Positions 34,401 through 46,650 of a stretch of 64,000 nt of DNA are shown here, in pieces. The notes beneath the pieces were generated by a model, which saw nothing but the letters and a program-made list of their open reading frames with translations, was not told the origin of the DNA and searched no databases. Source of the stretch: Anaeramoeba ignava BMAN (Eukaryota; Protista; Anaeramoebae); assembly GCA_028826165.1 (NCBI GenBank), contig JAPDFW010000093.1, positions 124,001-188,000 of the forward strand, written 5' to 3'. The number at the start of each line of letters is the position of its first letter. The first letter of the stretch is position 1. The position numbers and the translations under genes are program-made.

Positions 34401-35829
34401 ATTCTTGTGATTAATTGGAAGTGAATCTTCAATTGGTCTTTTTAGTCTATATTCAGAAAATCCAACTCCATCAACTGATTTTGTTCGAACAACAAATGGT
34501 TTTCCTGGTGATGGAAATGTTAGTGAATTTATTGCTTTGATTATTTTATTTGTTGATTTCAAGGATTTTAGAACAATTCTTGATTCTAAGATATCAAATA
34601 TTCCATCAAAAATTTCAAACCATCGACTTCAATTTTTTATTTTATAAATTTGTTTATAAATTTTGATATAAATTTTGATATAAATTTTGATATAAATTTT
34701 GATATAAATTTTGATATAAATTTTGATATAAATTTTGATATAAATATGATTATAAATTTAATTATAAATTTAATTATAAATTTAATTATAAATTTAATTA
34801 TAAATTTAATTATAAATTTAATTATAAATTTAATTATAAATTTAATTATAAATTTTTATAAATTTAATTATTATAAATTTAATTATAAATTTGATTATAA
34901 ATTTAATTATAAATTTAATTATAAATTTAATTATAAATATAATTATAAATTTAATTATAAATTTAATTATAAATTTTGATATAAATTTAATTATAAATTT
35001 GATTATAAATTTAATTATAAATTTAATTATAAATATAATTATAAATTTAATTATAAATATAATTATAAATATAATTATAAATTTAAATTTAATTATAAAT
35101 TTGTTTATAAATTTAATTATAAATTTGTTTATAAATTTGTTTATAAATTTGTTTATAAATTTGTTTATAAATTTAATTATAAATTTAATTATAAATTTAA
35201 TTATAAATTTTTGAATTTACAAATGTGTTAAAATGCATAAAGCTCTTAAATTATCTGAGAAAATTTTTCTTCTAAAAAATCCATGAATTTTCTTTTTCTT
35301 TTTATCTAAAATAATAAAGTGATATAATTTTCTAAAAATTTCAATTTAAAATTTGTAAATTAATTTTAAATTGAATTTTTTGTTTTTAATTTTAAGAAAA
35401 AAAAAAATCTAATAGTTAAAATAAAAATAATAATAAAATAATAATAAATTTTTGAAATAGTAATTAATTCTAAAAAAAAATATGATGAAATATTCAAATA
35501 ACCAAAAAAAAAAATAATTAAAAATAATTAAAAAAAAAATTCACACAAAAAAATTTTCACCTTGTTTTTAAATATTGAGGTTGTTTTAAAACTTCAAAAT
35601 CATTTTGTTTTTGGAAAATTTGTGAAGAAAAAGAAGGAAAACAAATTTCTGCAATTCTTGAATCAATTTCTTGATTTTCTAAATTGGAATATTGATATTC
35701 TATATAAGGACCTGTTTCTAAAATATTTATTACTAAAAAAACTCCAATTAAATTTTTTCTTGGAATTTGGTTCATTTTTATAAAGAATTTTGTTTGTGTT
35801 TGTGTTTCTTTTTCTTGTGATTTTTGCAT
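31422..35829 (-). CDS. DENN-domain Rab GEF (DENND1/connecdenn-like) with long low-complexity tail; exons 35829-35561, 35331-35221, 34626-33983, 33913-33757, 33659-31422
   Basis: uDENN (EICFP; ENYITFII..HGFFRR..ALCILTHF|RWFEIF), cDENN (ILFERKIL..IYPFSWQHLLIPCLP..PFIFGI) and dDENN (FVDQFKNTKAYNEFIVSRI). Junctions are GT-AG and in frame. Confidence 0.85.
34640..35212. repeat. 12-mer (TTATAAATTTAA / GATATAAATTTT)n array in DENN intron
   Basis: Direct inspection. Confidence 0.9.
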
Positions 35830-36449
35830 TTAAAAAATTAAAACGAAATTTTTGTTAAATTTTAAAGAATTTAAAAAACAAAAAAATGAAAAGAAAAAAA
35901 ATGAAAAAAAAAATTAAAATTATTTTTTTTTGCTTTTTTTTAATTAATTTTTAAAGTATTTTTATATTATTTTTTAATTTGACTTTTTTTTTATTTTATT
36001 TTATTTTAAAATTTTTTTTTAATTGAAAAAAAAAAAAAGCAAAAAAAATCTTTATTTAAAAAATTTTCTTTTTAATTTTTAATTAAAATTTTATCTTTTT
36101 TTGAATAAGTAAAAAATTTCATTTTATCAGGATCTTAATTCAAAAAATAATTTTAAAACAAAATAATTAAAAACTTAAATTCAAAATTATTTTCAATTTA
36201 AAAAAAAAAATATTATTTTAAATTTTGAAATTACTTGATCAAATAAAAATCAATAAAAAAAAAAGAAGAAAAAAAAATTTTTTAATTGAGAAATAATTGA
36301 GAAAAATTTGATCTTTTTCCTTTTTAAAAAAGGTTTTTTTTATTATTTATTTTATTAATACTTTTATTAGTTAAATTTAAAAAAAAAAATAATTTTTCCT
36401 TTCTAAAAAAAAAGGGAAAAACAAAAAAAAAAAAGGTGAAAAAAAATTT

Positions 36450-39221
36450 TCAAATAAAAATCCAACAAAATAAACCATTAAATCTATAGGATTTTTTCAA
36501 TATAATTTCTCTTAATTTATCAAGAATTTGAATTTGATTTTGAATTTGAATTTGATTTTGAATTTGAATTTGATTTTGATTTTCATTTTGAATTTGATTT
36601 TGAATTTGAATTTGATTTTGATTTTGATTTTGAATTTGATTTTGATTTTGATTTTGATTTTGATTTTCATTTTGAATTTGATTTTGATTTTGAATTTGAT
36701 TTTGATTTTGAATTTGATTTTGATTTTGATTTTCATTTTGATTTTCATTTTGATTTTGATTTTGATTTTGATTTTGATTTTCATTTTGAATTTGAGATAA
36801 AATAGTATTCCAAATAATTGAAAGAATAGAATAAATTTCTGACGGTTTCATATCAAATAAACCTTCAATCACTCCAGAAATAGTTTGATTTAATTCAGGA
36901 TTATTTTGAGAATTAAAGAGAATATTTTCAGAAGTTTGTAAAAGAAACATCGTTTTGATAATTAAATCCAAAAAAGAATCAAAAAATTGGGATTTTGGGT
37001 TAAAATGACGAAGCTTTTCTATTCTCCATTTATTAATTAAATTAAGTATTAAACCCAATCTAATCTCTTCTGAATTTTTTGTAAGAAATGGTAATAAAAG
37101 CCAAAGAAATTGAGATTTATCAAAACTATCCCAAATTTTATCATCAAAAAATGAAGAAGGAAGTAGTTGATTTTTGGAAAGATCTGTTTGAGTTCTTTTT
37201 GGAGGGAAGTAGTAAATTCCAAGAAGAGAAGTAATTTGTTCTGAGATTATTGATTGGAATTGAAGAGAGTCGGGAGAAGAATTATCATAAGGGAAAACTT
37301 GGTATAAAAGATCAAGAATATGATGAGATTTTGGGTAATAAGAAGAAAGTAATTGAAGAAGAGAAATATTTTCATTAACATGACAGTTAGCATTTGATTC
37401 ATTATTTTTCAATTCATTTCCAAAGAATGTGGATTCTTGTAAATAAGAAACTGAATCCATTCCAAAAAAATGCAAGGATGAATGGATCATTTCTGAAAAA
37501 AAGAAACCAAATAAATCCTTTTTCTTTTCATCGCAAAGTTTGGAGATGATTTTCTTTGATATTTCAATTATTAAATCAAAAGAGTTATTTTGTGAGTTGT
37601 TATATAAATCGACGCAATCCAAAAGTTTGAAAAAAAGGGAAGAAATTGATTTGAAAAATGCAATTGATTGCATGTCATTAAGATAACTAAAAGAAAGGGA
37701 GAAAATAAAGCATAAAGCTTCAAATAAAAGTTTTGGGTTTTCAGGTAGAATTGTTGAAGCATCTGAGAATAATGTTTTTGGATCAGTAGTCAATCTGCAA
37801 AAATTATTGTGAAACTGTTTGATTTGATTATTTTTGGTTTCATCGCAAATGATTGATTTTTGGGATTGAAATTGAAGGCAAATTTGCGAGATTGTATTTG
37901 TTAGGTTCTGAAGGAAGTGGAGTATATTTTTGCTGAGAAAGATATAAACGTGATGGGGAGAGTCGAGATTTTTGAGAGAGGAATTTTCGAATTGGATTAA
38001 GTTTCTCAAAGCGGAAATTAGTTTGGAATTTTTTTGAATGGAAGAAAAAGGAATTTTTTCAAGAATTTGATTTAAAAAATTTTCGCGAACTTGACAGCCA
38101 TGAATATTTTGGAAAAGCACCCAAAGATCGAGAAAAACAGGAGATATTTCAAGCTGGGAATCAAAAGACAGATGGAGAATTTGAGCTGAAAATTGGGGGT
38201 CTTTAGTTAGCGAAAGTAGAGCAAAAATCTCGAGTAAACACAAGTGGATTTGGGTGTCTTTGTTGTATTTTTCTAGCCAATCACAAAGAAGCTCGCTGTG
38301 CAAAGAAAGATGGTCGAGAGATTGCTTGACAATTTTTTCATTGAGTAAATCGGAAAATTTGGAGAGAATCAAGCGAAGTAAAGAAAGTGAATGATTGCGA
38401 AGCGCGTAGTCAATAATTTGGACAATATTATCAATTACAACCAAGAAATGCTGCGAAAGGATCATTTCCATAATTTGTATTCTGAAGTCTTGCTCGTCTG
38501 ACAGTCGGTGATCTTTTCTTCGAAATTTGGGGGTGTCTAAATTGATTTCGTAGTTGTCATTCAAAATAATAGGCAAAGCACATTTGACAACCGAAGGACA
38601 TTGATCAACAATTTCGAAAATAAAAGGCCCAGTAAAATTCCAAGAGATATGCTCTGGATTAAGCACTGAGTTCTGGGTTAACGCCAAATTGCCAATTTCT
38701 TCAAGCATTTGAAATTGTTTGTTTTGGATCAATATTGGTAATCCAAATGAAGGAAAATTGCACACACAATAAAACAAAGCCCATGAGTCATTGGGAATAT
38801 TCAGCTTATTAATGATCTTGTGCAAAATAGTCGCGGAAATTGTGGATGTTTTCTTGTTTGATTTTGAATCGTATTCGGATTCAGATTCGTATTTGATTTG
38901 GTATTTGGTAAATAAACTTGTTATTAAAAATAAAGTCAAATCAATTATTTTCTTCTTTGAGTTGTTTGTTTCTTCGTTTTGCTTGTTTTCTCTGATAAAT
39001 TTTATTAGTTCTTTGTTTGAATAGTATTTTTTGCTTGTTAAGATGAGCCATTGTGTAAATTCAATTAACGGCTTTGTGCTTTTTTCTGATGAAATGTTTT
39101 GTAAATCTTGCATCAAAAAATAGAATTGATTTGAATTTGCAATTATTCTTGAATTTTCTTGAAAGAGTTTGGTTTCAATTGAGTTTAAATATTGAGGATG
39201 TTTAAGATTTTCTCTTGACAT
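36450..39221 (-). CDS. INTS5: Putative Integrator complex subunit 5 (divergent)
   Basis: 923-aa intronless helical protein. Segments [39 protein letters not shown] and [31 protein letters not shown] are collinear with recalled INTS5 motifs (recognition from memory, not a search). Confidence 0.55.
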   Translation of the reverse strand: MSRENLKHPQYLNSIETKLFQENSRIIANSNQFYFLMQDLQNISSEKSTKPLIEFTQWLILTSKKYYSNKELIKFIRENKQNEETNNSKKKIIDLTLFLITSLFTKYQIKYESESEYDSKSNKKTSTISATILHKIINKLNIPNDSWALFYCVCNFPSFGLPILIQNKQFQMLEEIGNLALTQNSVLNPEHISWNFTGPFIFEIVDQCPSVVKCALPIILNDNYEINLDTPKFRRKDHRLSDEQDFRIQIMEMILSQHFLVVIDNIVQIIDYALRNHSLSLLRLILSKFSDLLNEKIVKQSLDHLSLHSELLCDWLEKYNKDTQIHLCLLEIFALLSLTKDPQFSAQILHLSFDSQLEISPVFLDLWVLFQNIHGCQVRENFLNQILEKIPFSSIQKNSKLISALRNLIQFENSSLKNLDSPHHVYIFLSKNILHFLQNLTNTISQICLQFQSQKSIICDETKNNQIKQFHNNFCRLTTDPKTLFSDASTILPENPKLLFEALCFIFSLSFSYLNDMQSIAFFKSISSLFFKLLDCVDLYNNSQNNSFDLIIEISKKIISKLCDEKKKDLFGFFFSEMIHSSLHFFGMDSVSYLQESTFFGNELKNNESNANCHVNENISLLQLLSSYYPKSHHILDLLYQVFPYDNSSPDSLQFQSIISEQITSLLGIYYFPPKRTQTDLSKNQLLPSSFFDDKIWDSFDKSQFLWLLLPFLTKNSEEIRLGLILNLINKWRIEKLRHFNPKSQFFDSFLDLIIKTMFLLQTSENILFNSQNNPELNQTISGVIEGLFDMKPSEIYSILSIIWNTILSQIQNENQNQNQNQNQNENQNENQNQNQIQNQNQIQNQNQIQNENQNQNQNQNQIQNQNQNQIQIQNQIQNENQNQIQIQNQIQIQNQIQILDKLREIILKKSYRFNGLFCWIFI

Positions 39222-39291
39222 TTTTTAAATATAAAAAAATAAAATGAAAAAAATGAAAAAAATGAAAAAATTGAAAAAAATTTTTTTATTT

Positions 39292-41112
39292 CTAAAATTG
39301 ATCCTCTTTTTTTAAAATCCAAAAAGTTCCTTCACTTTTTGCAATTTCTTTCATTACTTTTTTATATTGACCATCAGAAATTTTGTGTTGAAATTTTTGT
39401 TCATAATTTTTCAAAATTTCCTGCTTTTTGAGTCTATGTTTTGATTTAAACAAATCAACAACAAAAGATTTAAATTGGCTTTCTGCTTGATGTTTGCTTT
39501 CATTTTTGGATTTTGATCTGGCTCTTTTGACTTTTTCATCCGAATTGTCGTTTTGGACCAAATCAAGGTCTTGAAGAGGATTATCATTATCAGAATCAAG
39601 GGGGTCATTTTGGTTAATTTTTTCACCTTTTCCGTTTTTTTGGATTTTTTGGATTTTTTGATTTTTTTGATTTTTTTGATTTTTTTCATTTTCTTTGCTT
39701 TGTGAAGAATCGAGACTGTATGTTGTTGTTTGGTTGATAAATTCTTTTGATTTCTCGATAATTTTGTTCCATTTTTCTTGTTCCATTTTTGCGATTTTTT
39801 TGTGATTCAATAGGAAATCTTTGTCCGTGGGTTTGATCATTTTCAGAACATCACCCTTTCGCAAAACAACCAAACCGCGGAACAGTTCAATAGTCTCGAG
39901 AGGGGATAGACGGGTTTTATTAACGAATACTTGGCGGGAAATTGATCCTCCTGAAATATTAAGAAGATCCAGTAGAAAATTGCGGTAGTGAGCCAATTTG
40001 ACGCGAATAGGAAGCAATTCGGAACGAACAACCCAACAGCCGTTGATGAGAACACCATACCTGTTGAGATATCTGAGCAGCTCTTCCTCGGTTGCATTTG
40101 TTGCGTATTTGATCATTTCCGAAAAAGTGACAATTTTTTCCCTCTTTAAAATCCATACACACTGTTTTTCTCCTGTCATCAAACGCAATTTCTCCGAAAC
40201 TGCTGGGCTGTCAAGACTCTGTGAATCGAGCAGATCCGCCCCTTGTGATTCTGGCGCGAACTTTTTGTGCTTGGGGTTGAGCATCCGCATGTACTGAAGA
40301 GTTGTGAGCGAGGATTTTATTTCGTGATCCTCGTTCTTGACAAACAATTTCTCAAAAAATTCCTTTTTTTCGGAAGGATCTTCAACAACATGAAGCGGGA
40401 TATCGGGGTTCTCTTGTTCCGTATTCATCGTTGAGTGTATCCCTTTTGAGCTGCGATAGTACTGCGCATTTATATCCTTGAATTTGTTTTGGTTCTTTTT
40501 TTTCGGGTCGTTTTCGTCTTGATTTAGTTTGTCATCCTCATTATCGCCTTCGTTTTCGTCATCTTGTGGATCTTGATTTGCATCTTCTTTGTCTCGATCT
40601 TTTCCGCTTGATTTTTGTGTGTCGGTTGTGTCTAAAAGATCCTCCAGATCCGAAAAATCGGGAAAAAATTGAGCCGTTGAAATGACGTTATTTAAATGAA
40701 TTTCTCCGTCAAAAAAATAGCCTAAAAAATATTTAGTTTGATGCGGAACTTCTTTTGAGATCTGTTTGAAGTTCTCTTTTTTAGGCTGATTTTCTGATTC
40801 GAGGATCATTTCCTCGTCTTTATTTTTGTCTTTATCTTTTTCAAGTGAAATTCCAATTTGATTTTCACTTGATTTTTCTTTTTGATTTTCTTCTTCATTT
40901 TTTCCAGTTTCAAAAGTGAAGTTGTAAGTTTTTGGGTTCATTGAAAGTTGGAAAGAAGGAACATTAAAAGGACTTCCGCGTTTTTGAGAACGCATTGGAA
41001 ATTGAAATAGATAAAGACCGTAATCTTCTTGGTGATTTAGATAGATTGGAATTTCATGTGTAATTGGGTCATCATTAATATTTTTATTATTTTGATTATT
41101 TGATTTTTTCAT
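39292..41112 (-). CDS. RPC5: RNA polymerase III subunit RPC5 (Sin-like)
   Basis: Motifs DDPITHEIPIYL..LYLFQFPMR, YFLGYFFDGEIHLNNV..QFFPDF and VLINGCWVVRSEL. Likely ATG at 41112. Confidence 0.85.
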   Translation of the reverse strand: MKKSNNQNNKNINDDPITHEIPIYLNHQEDYGLYLFQFPMRSQKRGSPFNVPSFQLSMNPKTYNFTFETGKNEEENQKEKSSENQIGISLEKDKDKNKDEEMILESENQPKKENFKQISKEVPHQTKYFLGYFFDGEIHLNNVISTAQFFPDFSDLEDLLDTTDTQKSSGKDRDKEDANQDPQDDENEGDNEDDKLNQDENDPKKKNQNKFKDINAQYYRSSKGIHSTMNTEQENPDIPLHVVEDPSEKKEFFEKLFVKNEDHEIKSSLTTLQYMRMLNPKHKKFAPESQGADLLDSQSLDSPAVSEKLRLMTGEKQCVWILKREKIVTFSEMIKYATNATEEELLRYLNRYGVLINGCWVVRSELLPIRVKLAHYRNFLLDLLNISGGSISRQVFVNKTRLSPLETIELFRGLVVLRKGDVLKMIKPTDKDFLLNHKKIAKMEQEKWNKIIEKSKEFINQTTTYSLDSSQSKENEKNQKNQKNQKIQKIQKNGKGEKINQNDPLDSDNDNPLQDLDLVQNDNSDEKVKRARSKSKNESKHQAESQFKSFVVDLFKSKHRLKKQEILKNYEQKFQHKISDGQYKKVMKEIAKSEGTFWILKKEDQF

Positions 41113-41319
41113 AAAATTAATTAAAATTGAAAAAAAATGAAAAAAAATGAAAAAAAAAAAATCATTTTGAAAATTAAATTGAGCAAATTCATTTGTTTTG
41201 TTTAAAATTGATTTGGAAAATAATTTGAATAAAAAAAGAAAATTCAAATTGTTTTTTTTTTTGGAATTCGGAAAAAAAATTAATTTTGAAAAAAAAGAAA
41301 AAAAAAAGTAAAACGGAAA

Positions 41320-44300
41320 TTAATTCAAGCTTTTGAATTGATAAAACTTGGCAAAGAAAAGCTTAGTCTGGTCAATATCAGCAAATCTAACAATCTTATG
41401 AGAATCAGAAAAGTCCATTCTAATAGTCATTAAATTACGAGGATTTGTATTCAATTTATGCTTGTCATAATCGAAAGTAAATGACTCTTCGCCAATCTCC
41501 AAAACAAGCTCTTTTGGAGACAATTTGAGCTGACCCTTTTGAATAGGCTTTGAAGTGCGATCGAGAATATCAACGTCGAAGAGAATAGCGTCTTCCACAT
41601 TTTCGTCTGGGATTTGGAGATCGACCACTTGATTGTCCTCAAGTACTGGCATTTTGGCTCGTTCTCTTTCCTCCTTCTCCCGTTGTAATCGTTGTCTCTC
41701 CTCTTCCTCTTTCTGTGCAAGAAGGAGCTCTTGAGCGCGTCTTTCTCGTTCTCTTTTTTCTCTTTCCAATTTTTCTTGTTTTTCCTTTTTACGTTGTGCT
41801 TTTTCCAATTTTCTTCTCTTTTTTTCTTCCTTCTCTTTTCTTTTTCGTTCTCTTTCTTCCTCTTCTTCTTTGCGTCTTCTTTCCTCCTCTTTCCTTTCTC
41901 TTTGCAGTCTTTCCTTTTCAAGTCTTTCTCGTTCCAATCGTTCTTTCTCGAGTCTTTCTCTTTCTCTTCTTTCTCTTTCTTTTCTTTCTCTTTCTAACCG
42001 TTCTTTTTCCAGTCTCTCTCTTTCTTCATTCTCTCTCTCTTCCTTCTCTCTATTATCCCTTTCCTTTTCCATTTTCTGCGCTTCCAGAAGCTCCAAATTA
42101 TCCATTTCGTCTCCAGTTTTTATAAATTGTGAAAATTGATAACGGAATTTTTCCGCTTCATCAAAATCAATAAAACTGATTACATAAGACACGTTAATGA
42201 AGTTCAGTTTGGTCTTCAGATTGTTCATTGGATCAATTTGGAGTGTGGATTCTTTGTTGATTCTTTCGGAATATTTTGACGGTTCTTCTCCAAGTGTGAA
42301 TAAATATTCAAATAGTGTAACTTGTGTTCGAATTCGTTGTTTTTTTTCTGAATGATGATATACTTCAGATACTCTTCTTTGTTCTGCGCTCTCTTTCATT
42401 TCTTTCGCCTTTTTCGGATACTTGATTAATGCTTCGCTAAATGATGATTTGAATGATTCTTGTTCTGTTTGTGAATAATAAGTGCAGATGTATTCTTCAT
42501 TTTTGAATACGATTTTTCTTATCAATTCATTAGATTCGTGTCTATAACACTAATATAATATAATATAATATAATATAAATTTTAAATTAAATTAAATTAA
42601 ATTAAATTAAATTAAATTAAATTAAATTAAATTAAATTAAATTAAATTAAATTAAATTAAATTAAATTAAATTAAATTAAATTATTTTATATTAAATTAA
42701 ATTAAATTATTTTATATTATATTAAATTAAATTTAAATTAAATTATATTTAAATTATTTTAAATTATTTTATATTAAATTATATTAAATTATATTAAATT
42801 ATATTAAATTATTTTATATTAAATTAAATTAAATTAAATTATTTTAAATTAAATTATTTTAAATTATTTTATATTAAATTAAATTATTTTAAAATTTTTC
42901 TACACTTACTGTTAAATTTTTGTTCAAAGGAATAATTCGAAGTAAAAATGGTAATAAAACAACTAGAACAAGATCGCAAACAATTATTGTTCCATAATAT
43001 TGTTGAGATTTGTAAACAACACTGCATGGATAATATTTTCTTAAATTTTGTACTATTATTTTATCTGTTAAATGTGATTGACAATTTTTAAGAATTGATA
43101 AGAAATCTTTAACTTGTTTTTCACTTGTAAATCTTAATATATAAATTTTTCCATCATCAAAATGAATACGAATAATTAATGGATCTTTAGCACGGAAGAG
43201 CTATTTTTTATAAAATATAAATATTTAAATGAATTTTAATTTTAATTTTAATTTTAATTTTATAAATGAATTTTAATTTTAATTTTAATTTTAATTTTTA
43301 ATTTTAATTTTAATTTTAATTTTAATTTTAATTTTTAATTTTTAATTTTAATTTTGATTTTAATTTTAATTTTATAAATGAATTTTAATTTTTAATTTTA
43401 ATTTTAAATATAATTTACCTGCATTCTACTCCCAAGAGCATGAATAGATGAACGATAATTTTTGGAAAATATTGAAATTGCATATTTTGAAAAAACAATA
43501 TCTTGATTAGGAACAAATTGAAGAGAAATCTCATCCATAATCTCAATATTAAAACGGGAGACAGGATGAAGATACGGAATATCATCAACTAAATAAACAG
43601 GTTCATTAGGAAGCACATCATAAATAAGATCCTGAGGAGATTGATTTGAAATATGGGATAATTCTCTTGAAATAACAGATGACAATTGAGGTTTCAATGA
43701 GGTTTGAGATCGCGAAAGAATAGATTTTGTCTTAGCAAAAGACTTTGATGGCATAAGATCTTGTGAGCGCAGAACGTTTGAAGATTTTTTCATAAGGTTT
43801 TTATTAGATTTCAATAGCGTTGATGTTTGTTTTAAAAGACCTCGACTTGATTGCAAAAAACTTCGATTTGATTTTAATAAACTTGTGCTCGACTTCAAAA
43901 TGCTTCCTTGTGATTTTAAGATTGTGGGTGCTGTGATAAGATCTCCTTGATTCGTTTGAGATGGCATTTGAACTATGTTTGACATTGAATATGTTTGTAG
44001 AAAAACTTCACTTTTATGTGAAGTTAACGGTTGTGTTTTTCGTTTTTCAATTCCATCTTCAACTTCAAGTTCATCATCATCCACTTTGAACATTGTAACA
44101 TGTTCGTATGAGTTTGCCTCGAGATAAAATTCATATTGAAAAGAATTATCGGTTTTCATCGTTTCTGTAAATATTGGAATTTCGTTTGTTATTTTTTCCT
44201 CTTCTTGTTTTGGAATTATTCTATTTTCTTCTCCTTTTATAAAATAGTTGATCATTTTTGGTAATATTATTGCAAGTTGAATGCTTTCACAATAAAAATT

Positions 44301-46205
44301 GATTTTATTTTCCTCTGTAAATTGGAGAACGATTATTCGTGGATCTGATGAGATATTATAACACTAAATTTTAATTTTATTTTTAATTTTATAAATGAAT
44401 TTTAATTTTGATTTTAAATTTTAATTTTAATTTTATTTTTAATTTTATAAATGAATTTTAATTTTATTTTTATTTTTAATTTTATAAATGAATTTTAATT
44501 TTAATTTTAAATTTAATTTTAATTTTAAATTTTAATTTTAATTATTTTAATTTTAATTTTTAAATAAATTCTAATTTTTAATTTTATAAATGAATTTTAA
44601 TTTTTAATTTTAATTTTATAAATGAATTCTAACCTCCATTCTTTCATTCCAAACAAATGTATAATTTGGATATATTTTTAATTTTAATTAATTTGGAATT
44701 TAGATCTCTAAAAAGAAATGACAATCAATTTAAATTTAAATTTTGAGTTTAATTTTTCAAATTTTAATTAATAATTTTAATAATTTTAATCCAAGCTTTT
44801 TTAATAAACAAATCTGTTTCAAATTTTTCTATATTTTTTAATTTTAATTTTAATTTTTAATTTTAATTTTAATTTTAATTTTAATTTTAATTTTTAATTT
44901 TAATTTTAATTTTAATTTTAATTTTAATTTTAATTTTAATTTTAATTTTGATTTTAATTTTAATTTTAATTATATTTATAATTTAAATTTTAATTATAAT
45001 TTTATTTTTAATTTTATTTTTAATTTTAATTTTATTTTTAATTTTAATTTTTAATTTTAAATTAATTTTACGATCAAAAGCAAATTCTTTAATTGCAAAA
45101 GAAGAATCAAATGGTTTATCTTGAATTCCATAATTTTTCATCAAAAGAAAAGTTTTAAGAATAACAGATCTTTCTGATTGATTAGATGCATTGAAAATGA
45201 AACATTGTGTTGGAGAAACTTTAATTCTGAAAGTTCTTGGTTTTTTATTAGAAATTTCAAACTAAAAAAAATAAAAGGAAAAATTTAATTGAAAAAAAAA
45301 ATAATAGGAAAAATTTTAATTATTTACTTCAATTTGGTCGTATTCAAAAAATAAAGGTCTTTGACTTGTTTTCTCTTCAAAAAACATTGATAATCCATTA
45401 TAATCCAAAACAAGACCAACAGTAATTATATCAGTAGTTTGAATTTCAACCTTAAATAGATTCGTTAAAAAAAATAAAAAAAAATTTTTAATTTTAATTT
45501 TTATTTTTAATTTTTATTTTAATTTTTAATTTTAATTTTAATTTTAATTTTTATTTTAATTTTAATTTTAATTTTTAATTTTAATTTTAATTTTAATTTT
45601 TAATTTTAATTTTAATTTTAATTTTAATTTTAATTTTAATTTAATTTTAATTTTAATTTTAATTTTAATTTTAATTTTAATTTTAATTTTTAATTTTAAT
45701 TTTAATTTTAATTTTAATTTTATTTTTAATTTTAATTTTAATTTTAATTTTAATTTTTAATTTTAATTTTTAATTTTAATTTTAATTTTAATTTTAATTT
45801 TAATTTTATTATTAATTTTTATTTTTTAATTATAATTTTAATTTTAAATTTAATTTTAATTTTAATTTTAATTTTTAATTTAATTTTTAATTTATTTTTT
45901 AATTTTAATTTTAGTTTTATTTTTAATTTTAATTTTAATTTTTAATTTACTCTAAATTTTGCAAATTGTTCCAAATAAAAATTAATAGCTTTATCTCGTA
46001 TTTCTTGAGGAGAAAAAGTTTGAGGTTTTTGTGGTTCAGGAGGAATTTCAACAAGTTGGTGAAATCTTGATTTTACTGGTAACGATTGCATTTTTGTATT
46101 TAAATATGTATTTGGATCTGTATGTGATAATTCACTAAACATTCGAATTAAAGAACCTGCTCTTCTTGAATCTTCAATTACGTTTTGATAACGATTGGGT
46201 TTCAT
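41320..46205 (-). CDS. Uncharacterised multi-exon protein with several PH-like segments and an E/R/K-rich coiled coil
   Basis: Coding blocks at ~46205-45951, 45451-45328, 45261-45073, 44709-44634, 44363-43420, 43201-42910 and 42542-41320 are separated by GT-AG repeat-filled introns. The PH-like assignment is by pattern only. Confidence 0.6.
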
Positions 46206-46650
46206 TTTTTCTTTTGGGTGTTTATTTTTATTTATTTTTATTTTTCTTTTTCTTTTTTAAATTTTGTTCTTTCTTTTTTGTTTCTTTTTTGTTTTTTAAA
46301 AGGGATTAAAAAAGGAAAAAATAAAAGGAAAAAAATTAAAAAAAAAAATGAATTTAAATAAATAAAAGCAAAAAAAATTTTTTCTTTTTTTTTATTTTAA
46401 TTAAAAAAAAAATTTAAAAAGGAGAAAAAAAAATAAAAGGAGAAAAAATAAATTTTTTTTTTATCCCTTTTTTTTCTCTTTAAATCTAATTAAATTTAAT
46501 AAACCTTTTCTTTTAAATCTTTTTCTTTTCTTTTAATCCATTTAATTCTTTTATTTATTTATTTATTTTTCTTTATTATTTTTCTTTTTAATAAATTTTT
46601 TTTTTTTTTAATTTTTATCATTTTTTTTTTTGTTCTTGTTTTTGTTTAAA

